Shown piece by piece: positions 24,236-35,728 of a DNA stretch of 64,000 nucleotides (positions within the stretch are counted from its first letter, which is position 1; every line of letters starts with the position of its first letter). The notes under the pieces are model-generated. The model was given only the letters and a program-made list of their open reading frames with translations, made no database searches and had not been told where the DNA came from. This DNA comes from Octopus vulgaris. Lineage: Eukaryota. The stretch is from positions 62,310,001 through 62,374,000 of the forward strand of contig OX597814.1 in assembly GCA_951406725.2 (NCBI GenBank). Reading direction: 5' to 3'. The position numbers were made by a program, and so were the translations under genes.

Positions 24236-27200
24236 ATAGTTAATCCAAACAAGAAAACACAAAAAGACAAAAAAACACAACAACGCGAGGACGTGGAACA
24301 AATAAAGTATTATTGGACGCTCAGGAAAGAAGGGAAGAAGGAGGGTTTAATGTTTTGAGTGGAGCTCTTCGTCGGAAACATAAGAGAAGGAAGGGTTCCG
24401 AGAAGGGAAGACAGAGGAAAAAAAATCGCCAGCGGTACTCACGAGGTCACATATTGGAAGACCGGAAGTAGAAAGGTGGAAGAATAATGTTTTTTAAAGA
24501 CAGGAGAGTTTTCAAAGACAGTAGGTAGTATGTCAAAGACAAGGAAAGTGAGAGGGGGAATGTGTGTGGATGTGTGCGTGTGCGGAGGTCTGCGTGTGTG
24601 TGTATGTGTGCAATGATGACACGTGTGTGTGTGTGTATGTGTGTAGGGCGAACAACTGGCTAGTAGCTGGCCAGTGTAAGAATGAGTGGTGTTTTTTGTG
24701 TCCAGCCACAGGTCAAAACAAAGAGGTATGTGTGTGTGCGTGTATGTATATGTATCGTGTGTGTTTTGTTTGTAGTGTGTGTGTGTGTGTGTATGTGTGT
24801 GTTTGTGTGTGTATGCGTAGAGTTTGGGTGTGTGGCGAGTAACTGTGCTTAACTTAGTGTATGTGTGCGTGTGTGCTTGTACGTGCATGTGTGTATATAT
24901 ATGTATAATTGTGTGCCGTGTGTATGGGATGTATGTGTGGGTTCATTTGTGTGTGTGTGTGTGTGTATGTATGTGTGTGTGTGTAAGCGTATATGGATGT
25001 ATATGCGTGTATCCGTGGGGTTGTGAGTTTTGGGTGTGTGCATTGGTGTGCATGCGTATGTGCGCATGTTTTTGTGTGCGTATGTGTGTGTGTGTCTGGT
25101 TATATGTGTGTATGTATGTATGTGCGCGTGTAGGTATATATTGTGTGTATGTATATGTGTCGGTGTGTATGTGAATTTGTGTGTTTGTATGTGTGTGTGT
25201 GCACGTGTATTGTATATATATGTAAATGTGTGTGCGTGTGTGTGTACATGCGTGCGAGTGAATGTATGTATATATGTGCGTGTGTGTACAAATGTAGAGG
25301 TTTATATGTGTGTTTATATGTGTGTATATATATGTATGCAAGCTCACACTTTATAATTGAAAGATTGATGGAAAAAAAAATTGGTGTGGGTGTATGTGAA
25401 TCCACAGGCACACACACACACACACTGACGTACGCCTGCAATACAGCCAACCCCATATGCATGTATGTGTGTGTGTGTGTATGTATGTATGTGTGTATGT
25501 ATGTCTGTATGTGTGTGTGTGTGTATGTATGTATGTGTGTGTACGTATGTATGTGTGTGTGTGTGAATGTATACGTGTGGGAGTTTTTCTGGAGTTGTGT
25601 GAGCATAATGTACATGCGTGTGCATGCGTGCGGTTACGTGCGTGTATGTGTGTGTGTGTCTCTGCTAGGTGTTTGTAAGAGTGCGTATCTGTATGAGTAT
25701 TGTTTGTTGGTGTGTGTGCACGGGCATGTGTGTGGGGGTGTGTGGGGGTGTATAGGTGTGGAAGTATGTGTGCGTACATGTGCATTTTGGATGTATGTGT
25801 GTGGTGTGTTGGAAGTAGGTGTGTTCGTGGATGCGTGAGTATGTGTGTGTGTGTGTTTCTGTATAAGGACAAAATATAAAAAAAAAGGTTGCTAGTGGGG
25901 AGAGGTGGAGTGCAGTCACTAAGAGGAGGAGGCTGTGTTGAGTCCGTGTGGGGTATTGGTCTGTAGAGGGAAAATGAATCGTTGCTCCAAGTGGAGCCTG
26001 GATTGTGGAGGACCGTTGTGTGGGGTGAGACCAAGCAGTGATGTCATCAGGGGAATGGCTGGCCGAGCGGAAGTGACGTGCGACAGGAGAATTGGACCGT
26101 AGACGAACATCCCTTAGATGTTCGGCGAATTGGTCTGACAACCGGCGTCCCATCTGTCCTATATACAGCATTCCGCAGAGGTTGCATTTAATGCAGTATA
26201 TGAGACCAGACGAAGTGCACGTAAAAGAATGTCTGATACATACAGTTCGCTGGTTGGAACCGGTGACAGCAGTGGTGTTGGTGATGAAGGGGCAGGTGTT
26301 GCAGCGGGATCTGGAGCAAGGGAAGGATCCCTGTGGGGCTGAGGGGGAAGAAGAGAGAGTGCTATGGACCAGGAGGTCGCGTAGATTCTAGGCTCATTTG
26401 AAGGAGGACAGGGGTGGGTTGGGGAAAATGGGATTGAGCTGGAGACGGCGGTAGGCATGTAGTATCTTCTGACGAAGGGGTAGAGTAGAGGGGTGGAAAA
26501 GGAGGGGAAAGAGGGTTGGGGTGGGTGGGTGAGAAGAAGGAGAAAGGGCGGTGGTGCGGTCGATGCGGCGGGTGAGGGCGTTCAAGACCAGGGTAGGTGG
26601 GTATCCTTGATGCCTGAACAGGCGGGCCAGGTATTGAGACTGGGTCTCGAAATCCTGGTCGCGGCTGCACAAGCGTCGGAGGTGGAGGAACTGGGAGTAG
26701 GCGATGGTCCGTTTGGTGTGGAAGGGATGGGAGGAGGAGAAGTTGAGATAGAGGTGGGAATCCGTGGGTTTGAAGAAGGCGGAGGTGGTGAGAGAGTGGG
26801 AGGGGTGGTCAATGTTGAGAGAGATATCAAGGAAGTTAACAGAGGTATTGGAGATTGGTGGAAGTGAATTGTAGAGAGGGGTGGAAGTTAGAGAGGAAAG
26901 AGATGAAGTGGCAGAGTTGTTCGCGGGAAAGGGAGGTGGCGCCTATGCAGTCATCTATGTAGTGGCCGTATAGTTCCGGGGTCGGCCTGGAGAATTGGGA
27001 GAATTCTTGGGCCTCAATGTAGCCAACAAAGAGATTGGCGAAATTGGGGCCCATTCTCGTTCCCATCGTGACCCCAGACAACTATTGGTACGTTTCCCCG
27101 GCGAACGTGAAACAGTTGAGGGTGAGGACGAGCTCTGCCAGGTGGAGAAGGGTGGGGGTGCTGGGGGTGGGGTCGGGACGACGGTCGAGGAAGTGTTGGA

Positions 27201-27515
27201 GGGCTATGAGACCGTCGTTGTGGGGAATTACCGTATACAGGGATTTTATGTCTAAGGTGAAGAGGAGGTGTGAGGGGCTGGAAGGGAAGGAAAAGGAATT
27301 GAAGAGACGGAGGGCGTGTTTGGTGTCATGTATGTGGGATGGGAGGGCTGCGACTAAGGGGGACAGGATGCGGTCGAGGTATAAGGAAAGGCGTTCAGTG
27401 GGGCAATTACAGGCGGTAACAATGGGGCGGCCAGGGTTATTGGGTTTATGAATTTTGGGAAGGAAATAGATGGTGGAGGTGCGGGGTGTGCGGACGATGA
27501 GGTTGGTGGCGGTGG
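24236..27515 (-). mobile_element. 5'-truncated Penelope-like element 1 (Neptune-like by resemblance), decayed RT + GIY-YIG
   Basis: PKIHKPNNPGRPIV, DIKSLYT, GVTMGTRMGPNFANLFVG, YIDD; CTSSGLIYCIKC..C..LYIGQMGRRL...FAEH; stops and frameshifts; probable pLTR at 24236-24560. Confidence 0.9.
24560..25860. repeat. Degenerate TG-rich low-complexity block
   Basis: Directly visible, between the PLE-1 ORF end and its probable pLTR. Confidence 0.92.
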
Positions 27516-28302
27516 GGGGTTTCTACAATTACATTTCTCTCCGGGGCCTTTCCTAGTTTTATTTCTATTGTTACCTTTACTTTTTGTGTCTCCAGTTCTA
27601 GACAAGTTTCCCTCTTTCATTCCATCAAATCTTCCCTTATTACATGGGTTCGATAGACCCGGTAAAGGCAGACTGTTTGTACCATTGGCATTAGGTGTTA
27701 CAAAATTATTATACGCAGTTCCTTGGTCATCCTCAAAAGAACTTTTCCAGCTAATTCGCCCCAGCAAGCTTGCTTCTATTGATTGATGCAATAATCGAAG
27801 CAAAGTTAGGCATTACAGAGTAAGAGAACTTGATCGTTGACTTGTTGCAAATGCTATAGTATTTATGATTCTTTGGGAAGTTCTCCTTCAGAATTCTAAA
27901 AAACATTTTTGGTAAGTTCCTTACTCTAAGGGAGAAAGGGGAAGCGAACCAAACAACTTCCCTTATTCTAGACCGTGAACCTCCGTTTTGTTTAACTCCT
28001 TGTCAAAATTATTAATTTTCTTATACCTGTACCTATTGCGAGTATCCCTAAACACATTACTACTCAAAGGCTTTCTATTATTGCAGTTGGGGGGGGGGTT
28101 CCCTGCATTAGTATTTGTGACGTGCTTAAATGGCAAACCAGCCATTTTGTTTTTGAGTCTAGTATTAAGGATATAAAGTATTTTAGATTTGAAACCACTT
28201 AATCTTAGGGCATTATTATACACCGGTGCATGCTGTTCAAAAATCTTTTCATTCGCAGGTAAATTAGATATTCTAGTTGAAATTGCAGTAACGATGCTGT
28301 CT
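27516..28302 (-). mobile_element. Inverted upstream segment of Penelope-like element 2
   Basis: Minus strand reads ISTRISNL..YNNALRLSGF, VVWFASPFS..FPKNHKY..TIKFSYSVMPNF, then CNCRNP (PLE thumb/linker, frameshifted). Confidence 0.85.
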
Positions 28303-29762
28303 ATTATTGCATCAATCAATAGAAGCAAGCTTGCTGGGGCGAATTAGCTGGAAAAGTTCTTTTGAGGATGACCAAGGAACTGCGTATAATAATTTTGTAA
28401 CACCTAATGCCAATGGTACAAACAGTCTGCCTTTACCGGGTCTATCGAACCCATGTAATAAGGGAAGATTTGATGGAATGAAAGAGGGAAACTTGTCTAG
28501 AACTGGAGACACAAAAAGTAAAGGTAACAATAGAAATAAAACTAGGAAAGGCCCTGGAAAGAAATGTAATTGTAGAAACCCCGAATTATGTCCTTTAGAT
28601 GGTTCCTGTCTAGTTACTAACGTTGTATATAAATGTGTAGTCAAGGACGAGGATAAGTTAAATAAATTTTATATAGGTAGCATGGTAGATTTTAAGGCTA
28701 GATATAGATCACATATGAGCTCATTTTCTAACGATAAATACTGTAATTCAGCAACACTTGCATCCCATATACACAATTTGAAGAAAAATAATAAGAATTA
28801 TTATCTAGAATGGTCCATTATCTCTAAAACCCCAAATTTCAAGGGAATATTAACAAGTGTAAGCTGTGCATAAGGGAATCCCTTACCATCCTTAGGTGTT
28901 ATGGACCGCACACTCTGAATAAATTTACTAACGTGATTCCTTTTTGCATCCATAAATTTTCTTCTACATTCTTAAAAGTGTATAAGAATAAAATAAGTTG
29001 TAGAAAATAAATAATTTAGTTCTTACAGGGTTTGAAACCACGGAGGTTCAATTTAATTTAATTTAATTTAACTTAATTTAATTTAATACACCCTATTAAA
29101 AGAATTTTTTTTTACTGATTTATTTTTCTACTGCTTTAAAAAAATTTTTTTACTGCTTTAATTCTTTCTTTTGGGCTCGTCTGAGCATGACTTCTTCAAT
29201 AAGAAAGCACACAATATTGTGTTAAGCCTGGTACGCGATGATGTCTGTCTCTCTATTTTTTTCCCCTGACGAAGGAGTTATTATTGTGATGCACCCTAGT
29301 GCTTTAAACACAATAATATACCCCTGAAATGGCCATAGGGAATGTAAATATGGCTTCCTCTTATTTGAAAAGTAAATTTATAAGATTTTCTAAACGATGA
29401 ACTTTTATTTTATTTTACATTATATATTATATATTTTTTATATGCTTCCTATATATATATATATATATTTTTATATACCTATATATTTATATATTACTTT
29501 ATACTATATTTTCACGTATTTACTTTCTAGGTGTTGTAATGGTTTTTTAAAAAAATATATTTTTCTTGATTGCTAAAGTATTAGCTTTTAACCGTGATGA
29601 ACTGTATTCACACATTTTTTCTCGCACTTTCTTATATGCTTGTACAGATGAGTTACATTCCATCTTCCGTGATGTTTAAATGTATATTCTATGATTAAAT
29701 GTTTGAGTTATGAAATGTTATGTGGATGACCTTGCATTTGTTTGTTCTATAACCTTAGTTTG
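28303..29762 (+). mobile_element. 3' segment of Penelope-like element 2 (GIY-YIG + pLTR; Nematis-like by resemblance)
   Basis: CNCR....CPLDGSCL..NVVYKC..FYIGS...FKARYRSH, then a hammerhead-bearing UTR ending at (TA)n; 28303-28582 is the inverted copy of 27516-27795. Confidence 0.88.
29261..29342 (+). ncRNA. Type I hammerhead ribozyme in the PLE-2 pLTR
   Basis: Stem I ttccc/gggaa, core CTGACGA, long stem II, GAAA, palindromic stem III ATGGCCAT, AUA cleavage triplet. Confidence 0.8.
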
Positions 29763-30017
29763 ATATATATATATATATATATGAAACTATTAAAAGTGAA
29801 ACAATATAAATGTGAAACTATTAAAAGTGAAACAATATAAAAGTGAAACTATAACTGTTACTCCATTGAAGGTTTCACTTTTATTCTTGCATTGTTTTAA
29901 TCCAAACTAATTACATGTTGATACTCCTGGGGTCTCGTAGTATTACCATATAAAATTTAATTTAATTTGGTTGTGCTGTTTGAGAATGCATTGGGAACAG
30001 ACAGAGATACAAAGGAT

Positions 30018-30059
<42 letters not shown>

Positions 30060-30128
30060 GGAGTAAACACATAAATGTGAAACAAGGTGGAAAAAAGAGT
30101 ACTCAAATACCAGTGGTAGAGTAATATG

Positions 30129-30293
30129 CTTTATTTAAAGCAGCAGAAAATTCAACAAAATCTGTTACTCTGAGTTTCTCGTTGCCGTTCATCAGACAGT
30201 TTTTGCTAGAATCTAGCAAAAACTGTCTGATGAACGGCAACGAGAAACTCAGAGTAACAGATTTTGTTGAATTTTCTGCTGCTTTAAATAAAG
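30129..30293. repeat. Perfect hairpin, 82-bp arms with a 1-nt loop
   Basis: 30129-30210 is the exact reverse complement of 30212-30293 by eye. Confidence 0.95.
30223..30260 (+). ncRNA. Minimal hammerhead motif (mirror copy at 30162-30199 on the minus strand)
   Basis: ctgt-CTGATGA-a cg gcaa cg a-GAAA-ctc a gag-TA-acag; stem II closed by an A-A mismatch. Confidence 0.7.
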
Positions 30294-30339
30294 TATATAT
30301 ATATATATATATATAGATAGATATAGATAGATAGAGAGA

Positions 30340-30620
30340 TGAAAGAGTACTAGTAGTTTTACTAGGTTTAGTTTAATTCATTGTGATTCTGTTCCCTTTT
30401 CAAAAAGAGCCTTCGGTATATGTGAAGATACTCAATTTTTATTGTTATATAGATTTATTGCTACAAGATTGTGTGGTCAAAGTTTGCCATGTTCAGATTC
30501 AGATTACTTTTCATCCATCTATAGTTAATGAAAGAGTACCAGTAATTTTACTGGGTTTAATATAATTCAGTGTGATTCTGTTCCCTTTTGAAGAAGGGCC
30601 TTCTGTATTTGTAAGAAAAT
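30340..30620. repeat. Old tandem duplication, unit about 190 bp; the first half of copy 1 lies at 17150-17235
   Basis: tttattgctacaagatt..aagtttgccatgttcagatt at both 17172 and 30454; tgaaagagtac..gtgattctgttccctttt at both 30340 and 30529. Confidence 0.85.
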
Positions 30621-32116
30621 TGTCATTACTTTACTATTTCTAATTTATTGTTGTTAAAAGTATTTGACCTTGATATTAATTTTCTTTTGTTTTTTTTTTT
30701 GTCTTTACTGTTCTAAATTTTGCATTCTGGGTTAAGAAAGTTTACTTTGTGTATAGTCTATCACTTATGTTTTTGAATTTTACGGCTTAGTCATTTTTAT
30801 GAAGTGCTTCTGATACTGGTGGGAGAAGAGGAAACTCTCAAATTCAATGTACTAAACCTTATTGCAAAAAAATTAATTCTTTATTTGTGGTTCCCATGCT
30901 TGGTAACTCCTCCCCCCACACATACACACACATATATTTTGTTACCTGTTATGTCACTAACTTGCAGTTTTTCAAACTATACCGACTAGGTTTTTTGGGA
31001 CAGTGATGAATTTGTTGTCTCTAGGGAGACAACAATATTAATAACACATGCACTGATTCAATTCCACTCCTCCATTATTAGTTAATTGGTTAAATACCTA
31101 TCCCCCTAATTAATTGATCATTTGTTTAACTTGTTAGTTAAACAGTCAATCGTTTGTTTTGTTTTGTTTTTATTTTGTTTGTCAGACTTATTTTGTTGCC
31201 ATTCACAACTTTTTCAGTGATTCCCATTTCATTATAGGGGCTGTGTTTGCCTGAGTCCTCGTTGCTTGTATGTGTGTAGAATATGGTAGGGGTATATGAA
31301 TATGGTGTGTGTCTGTGTGTGAGATTATATGTGTGCATATATGTATGTCTGTGTCTGTATCCCTGTATCTGTGTGCGTGCATGAGTGTGTACATATATGC
31401 TTGTGTGTGGTGTGTGTGTGTGTGTGCACGTATGTGTACTTCTGCATCTATGTGCATGTTTGTATGTGCATGTGTGTGTGTGTGCCTGTGTATGTCTGTG
31501 TGCTCATGTGTATGTATGTGTGTCTGTACATGTGTGTGTTTATGTGCAAATACATGATGTGTATGTTGGTTTGTGTATGGTTGTGTGTTCCTCTGTCCTT
31601 GTATGTATGTGTTTATGTGTGAATGCTTGTGTGAGTGTCTGCATGTGCATGTGCCTGTGCCTATTTACGTGTGTGTATGTGTGCCCCTTTCGTATGCATG
31701 GTACATGTATGCCTGTGCATGTGTGTGGGGGCTGTGTGTGGATGTATGTGCATATCTATCTGTACTACTTATTTATCTACTTACCTATTTATCTACCTGC
31801 CTGTCTCCCTATATACTTACCTCCCTACTTGGTTAACTAACTAGCATTCTACATAACTAACCTTACCACCTAAATACAATCCTACTTATTTACCTACATG
31901 ACTGCCTGCCTACCTATCTACTTATCCAGCCACCCATCTACCTACCTACCTACTTTATGATTCTACCTATGTACCTACCTGTCTATTCAAATATACCTGT
32001 GTATTTACTCTGCACAGGTGGTATCTATGGTATTGAAGTATCTCTACCTCCTACATGTATTTTCTATTCAGTATGAGTAATGTTTCATTTATAAGGACAC
32101 ATTCTTATAGTTATGT

Positions 32117-32463
32117 CAAAGGTTCTCAACCATTTTTTATCCATGGACCCCTTTGATAACTATTTTATCCTGGTGGATCCTCATAGCTATTCAATGTTTA
32201 AAAACTAGTTTTATAGAAACTTCTTTCAAAATTCCTATTTTGTTTTTCACACATTCACTTGTGTAGGTTGAACTATGTAAAATGCTAGAGAAAGAAATGT
32301 AACTGTTTCTTGCAGTACATACCAATACATACATCGAAAGCAAAATTTTTTAGGGTCTCTTAAAGAACTTTTGTGGATCCCCAGCTTACTATTTAGTTGT
32401 GTGGACCCCCAAAAAATTATATGGATTCTTAGGGGCCATATGGATCCTAGTTGAGAAACATTG
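32117..32463. mobile_element. hAT-like MITE
   Basis: Termini caaaggttctcaac / gttgagaaacattg and repeated tggaccc(c) subterminal motifs; TSD not recognisable. Confidence 0.5.
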
Positions 32464-32469
32464 GTCTTA

Positions 32470-33085
32470 ATAACGAGTCCCTTGGGTGTTTGGACAACAT
32501 GCAGATGTTAGTTTCCCATCATTATACTCTCTCTAATGTTCATTCAGCCTTTCTGCTAAACTCGTATAGGTCTCTCCAATGTATGCTATGCTCCTGTCCT
32601 TACAAACTCCTTTCATGCATCTTATGCTGTAGACTACATTCCTAGTCTTACACTTAATACTGGGATTAAAGGTACATACCACACAGTTCTTACCAGTGTA
32701 TGTGGTATTGTCAAAGGGGTATGTCCTACATAATTGGGATCTGATGGACCTCCCTGGTTTCTGAATCTTAATGTTGAGTTTGATGTCCTTCAAAGCCTTC
32801 TTAAACCTACGTGCTAATTCCCCATGCAGTGTGGCCTCTACAGACATCAGTCCTTGATATTTATCAGCCTTATATTTATCAGCTTTGTTACAAACCCTCT
32901 GTATACTGTTCCAGTGTTTACTTTGGTATCTAGGATGGGTACCACTGACATTATTACAGATTATGTTATCTAATTTCTTTCTGGCACCCCTGTATACTTG
33001 AACCCTATCTTTCTGGTTGTATCCAGAGAACTGCATGCTGTGCATGAAGTTCTGTGCATGTCTCCATGTTTCATAGGGTTCACAC
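32470..33085 (-). mobile_element. Decayed Penelope-like element 3 fragment (thumb + GIY-YIG)
   Basis: MQFSGY....R, CKTRNVVYSIRC...AYIGET..SLAERLNEH. Confidence 0.75.
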
Positions 33086-35349
33086 AGACAGGCATGAGTG
33101 CACATACATGCAAATACCCACATACACACACAGGCATATGTGCACACACATACATACACTCATTCAAGCACTCACATAGACACACACACACCCAAATGGA
33201 CACAGAAATACACAATCATACACAAACCTACACCATGTATATGCATGTGCACTCATATACAGACATAAGCACACACTGACATACATAAGGCATACACATA
33301 CTATGCATACACATGCACAAATACACACACACACACACACAAGCATACATGCATAAACACCCCCCCTCACATGCACAGGTGCATACATGTATGGATGCAG
33401 AGTATACACACACACAGACACATCCATGCACATGACACAAGCATGCACACATGGATGCAAAAATACAGACATGTACAAAAGCATACACATACATACACTC
33501 TCACACATGCAAACACAGGTATATACACATTCACACAGTAACACATACACATACATACACATGCAGATAATCACACACACACACATTCAAGCAACAGGAT
33601 CTTAGACAGGCAAATACAGCCCCTATAACAAAATGGGAGAGAAGTCACTGAAAAGGTTGTGAATGGCAATGAAAGAACTGACCCCCCCCCCCCCTAAAAC
33701 CCTCCCCCCTCCAAACAATTGACTGTTTAATCAACAAGTTAAACAAACTATCAACTAGTTTGATAGATATTTAACCTGTTGCCTAATAATAAAGGTGTGG
33801 AATTGAGCCAGTGTGTGTGTTGGTGTGATGACTCCCTAGAGACAACAAAATTTGTTTCAACACATAAATTCACATAAAGAATCCTGAAAACCAAATACAA
33901 AAATTAAATAGTTCTTACTTTAATTATTCTGTTGCTTAAGGTGGGAAACTGACAGGATTGTTAGCACACTGGGCAAAATACTTAACGGCATTTCGTTTAT
34001 ATTCACATCCTGAGTTCCAATGCTGCCTGGGTCAACTTTGGCTTTTATATTTTTGGGGTCGATAAAAAGAGCACTGGAGTTGGTGTAATTTACTTACCCA
34101 CTCCTTTGAAATTGCTGGCCTTGTGCCAAAATTGGAAACAAGTTATTCTGTTATTTACTCTGGCTACCTCAGTTACTTTATCCCATACTCTGCCTATTCT
34201 AACAACTCCAGCATTGATACCCATTCAGAAGAACTTTTAATTGAGTTCCTTACTGTAAGAATTCTGGCTGAAGCTTTTCTCTGTCTTACCGTTTGTACAA
34301 TAAGCATTGTACACATCTATTCACTTCTAATCTTTACAATCTCTCCAGGTCTACCTTTCACTGTGTTAACTCAGAGTAAAAAGTTTCTGGTGGTTTTGGG
34401 GTTGTTTGTGTCTATTTTCTGCATCTAAAAAGAAGTGAGTTGGTGCAATCATTTGATGACACTCACACATAGCCAGATTTTCCCAAATGGTCACTTCCAC
34501 TACCATGTAAGGCCCTGTATATTCAATTACGATATTTTTGCTGATTTCACTGTCATCTTTTTCTTGTGCTTTTTGTACTCTTTCTATCAGAAACCATTTT
34601 ACAGCATAGACTGAGAACTATTGTTCCACCTGCTCTAGAAAAACTGCCTGGCAGGACTGGTGTGTACCTTCTACACTCTATCAAGGTTTTTCCAGAATTG
34701 CTTCTCTCCAGCAAGAGTTGATTTCACTGCAGCTTGTATGTCTCTGCTATTCAGATTTTTATTCAAGGGTGACATATCTAGGAGATATGTTACCTTCTCT
34801 GTTGAGTCATTGTCTCTTCTGAGCAGGAAAAAAAGTAATGTAAATAATAATTATATGCATAGTTTAAACTAAGAACACTTGCTTGCTATGTCTTTACTTG
34901 AGAAATTGGGAATAATATATGACATACATAAGTTGCTCTTTTACATGTGTAAATGAACTTTTAGGCAAAGCTGCCAAAAGGTGGTGCGAGAAGAGGAGAG
35001 AGAAAGAGATTATTTATATGATTAGTTATGTTTGCATAATGCTGAATAAAGAGATGTCATATATATAATTTATAACAGTTTAAGGAGATCATTAATATTA
35101 ATACAAGTTATGGTAATGATAATTACTTGCATAGCTTAAACTTAGCATTCTCGTTGCAGCTTTCTTCAGAGTTTGGCTATAATATGTCACATTCACTCTG
35201 TCTCTCTCAATGTCACTTGAGAAATGGCATTGCATTAGATCTGTCTGTATTCAATCCCACTCTATCATTCTTTATTGCTAACCATCTTTCTCTCTGCCTC
35301 TCCCATTACTCTTTCTTTTATCAATCATTACGGATACCTTTATTTTTTA

Positions 35350-35728
35350 TCTGTTACAGTCATTAGACTGCGGTCATGCTGGGGCACTTCCTTGAAGAAC
35401 TTTTAGTGGAATGAATTGATTCCAGAACTTATTTTTTTATAAAGTCTGGTACTTATTCTGTTAGCCTCTTTTTGCTGAACTGCAATGTTACGGGGATGTA
35501 AACCAACCTACACCAGTTGTCAAGTAGTGGTAGGAGCACAAAGACACACACACACACAAACAAACAAACATAAGACAGGCTTCTTTCAGTTTCCATGTAG
35601 CAAATCCACTCGCAAGGCTTTGGTCAACTTGAGGCAATAGAAGACACTTGCCCAAGGTGCCATGCAGTGGGACTGAATCCAAAACCATGTGATTGGGAAG
35701 CAAGCTTCTTAACACACAGCTATGCCTG
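35350..35728 (-). mobile_element. SINE family A
   Basis: Same consensus as 58250-58634; other copies near 42975-43530(-), 44935-45180(-), 46610-46970(-), 53505-53800(+). Confidence 0.8.

Larger units (their letters stand above)
17236..30339 (-). mobile_element. Non-autonomous Helitron with about 12.5 kb of nested insertions
   Basis: Minus-strand 5' TC at 30339-30338 and 3' hairpin plus CTAG at 17263-17236; inserted between A and T with no TSD; own body visible at 17236-17290 and 29782-30030; empty site preserved at 30521-30539. Confidence 0.8.

Noticed and set aside
27354-27803. 149-aa ORF as a functional fusion protein
   Set aside because: It spans the PLE-2/PLE-1 junction and reads PLE-1 out of its RT frame.
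29350-29530. PLE-2 start codon followed by an intron in the pLTR
   Set aside because: Splicing gtaaat..ttctag gives an early stop; not supportable.
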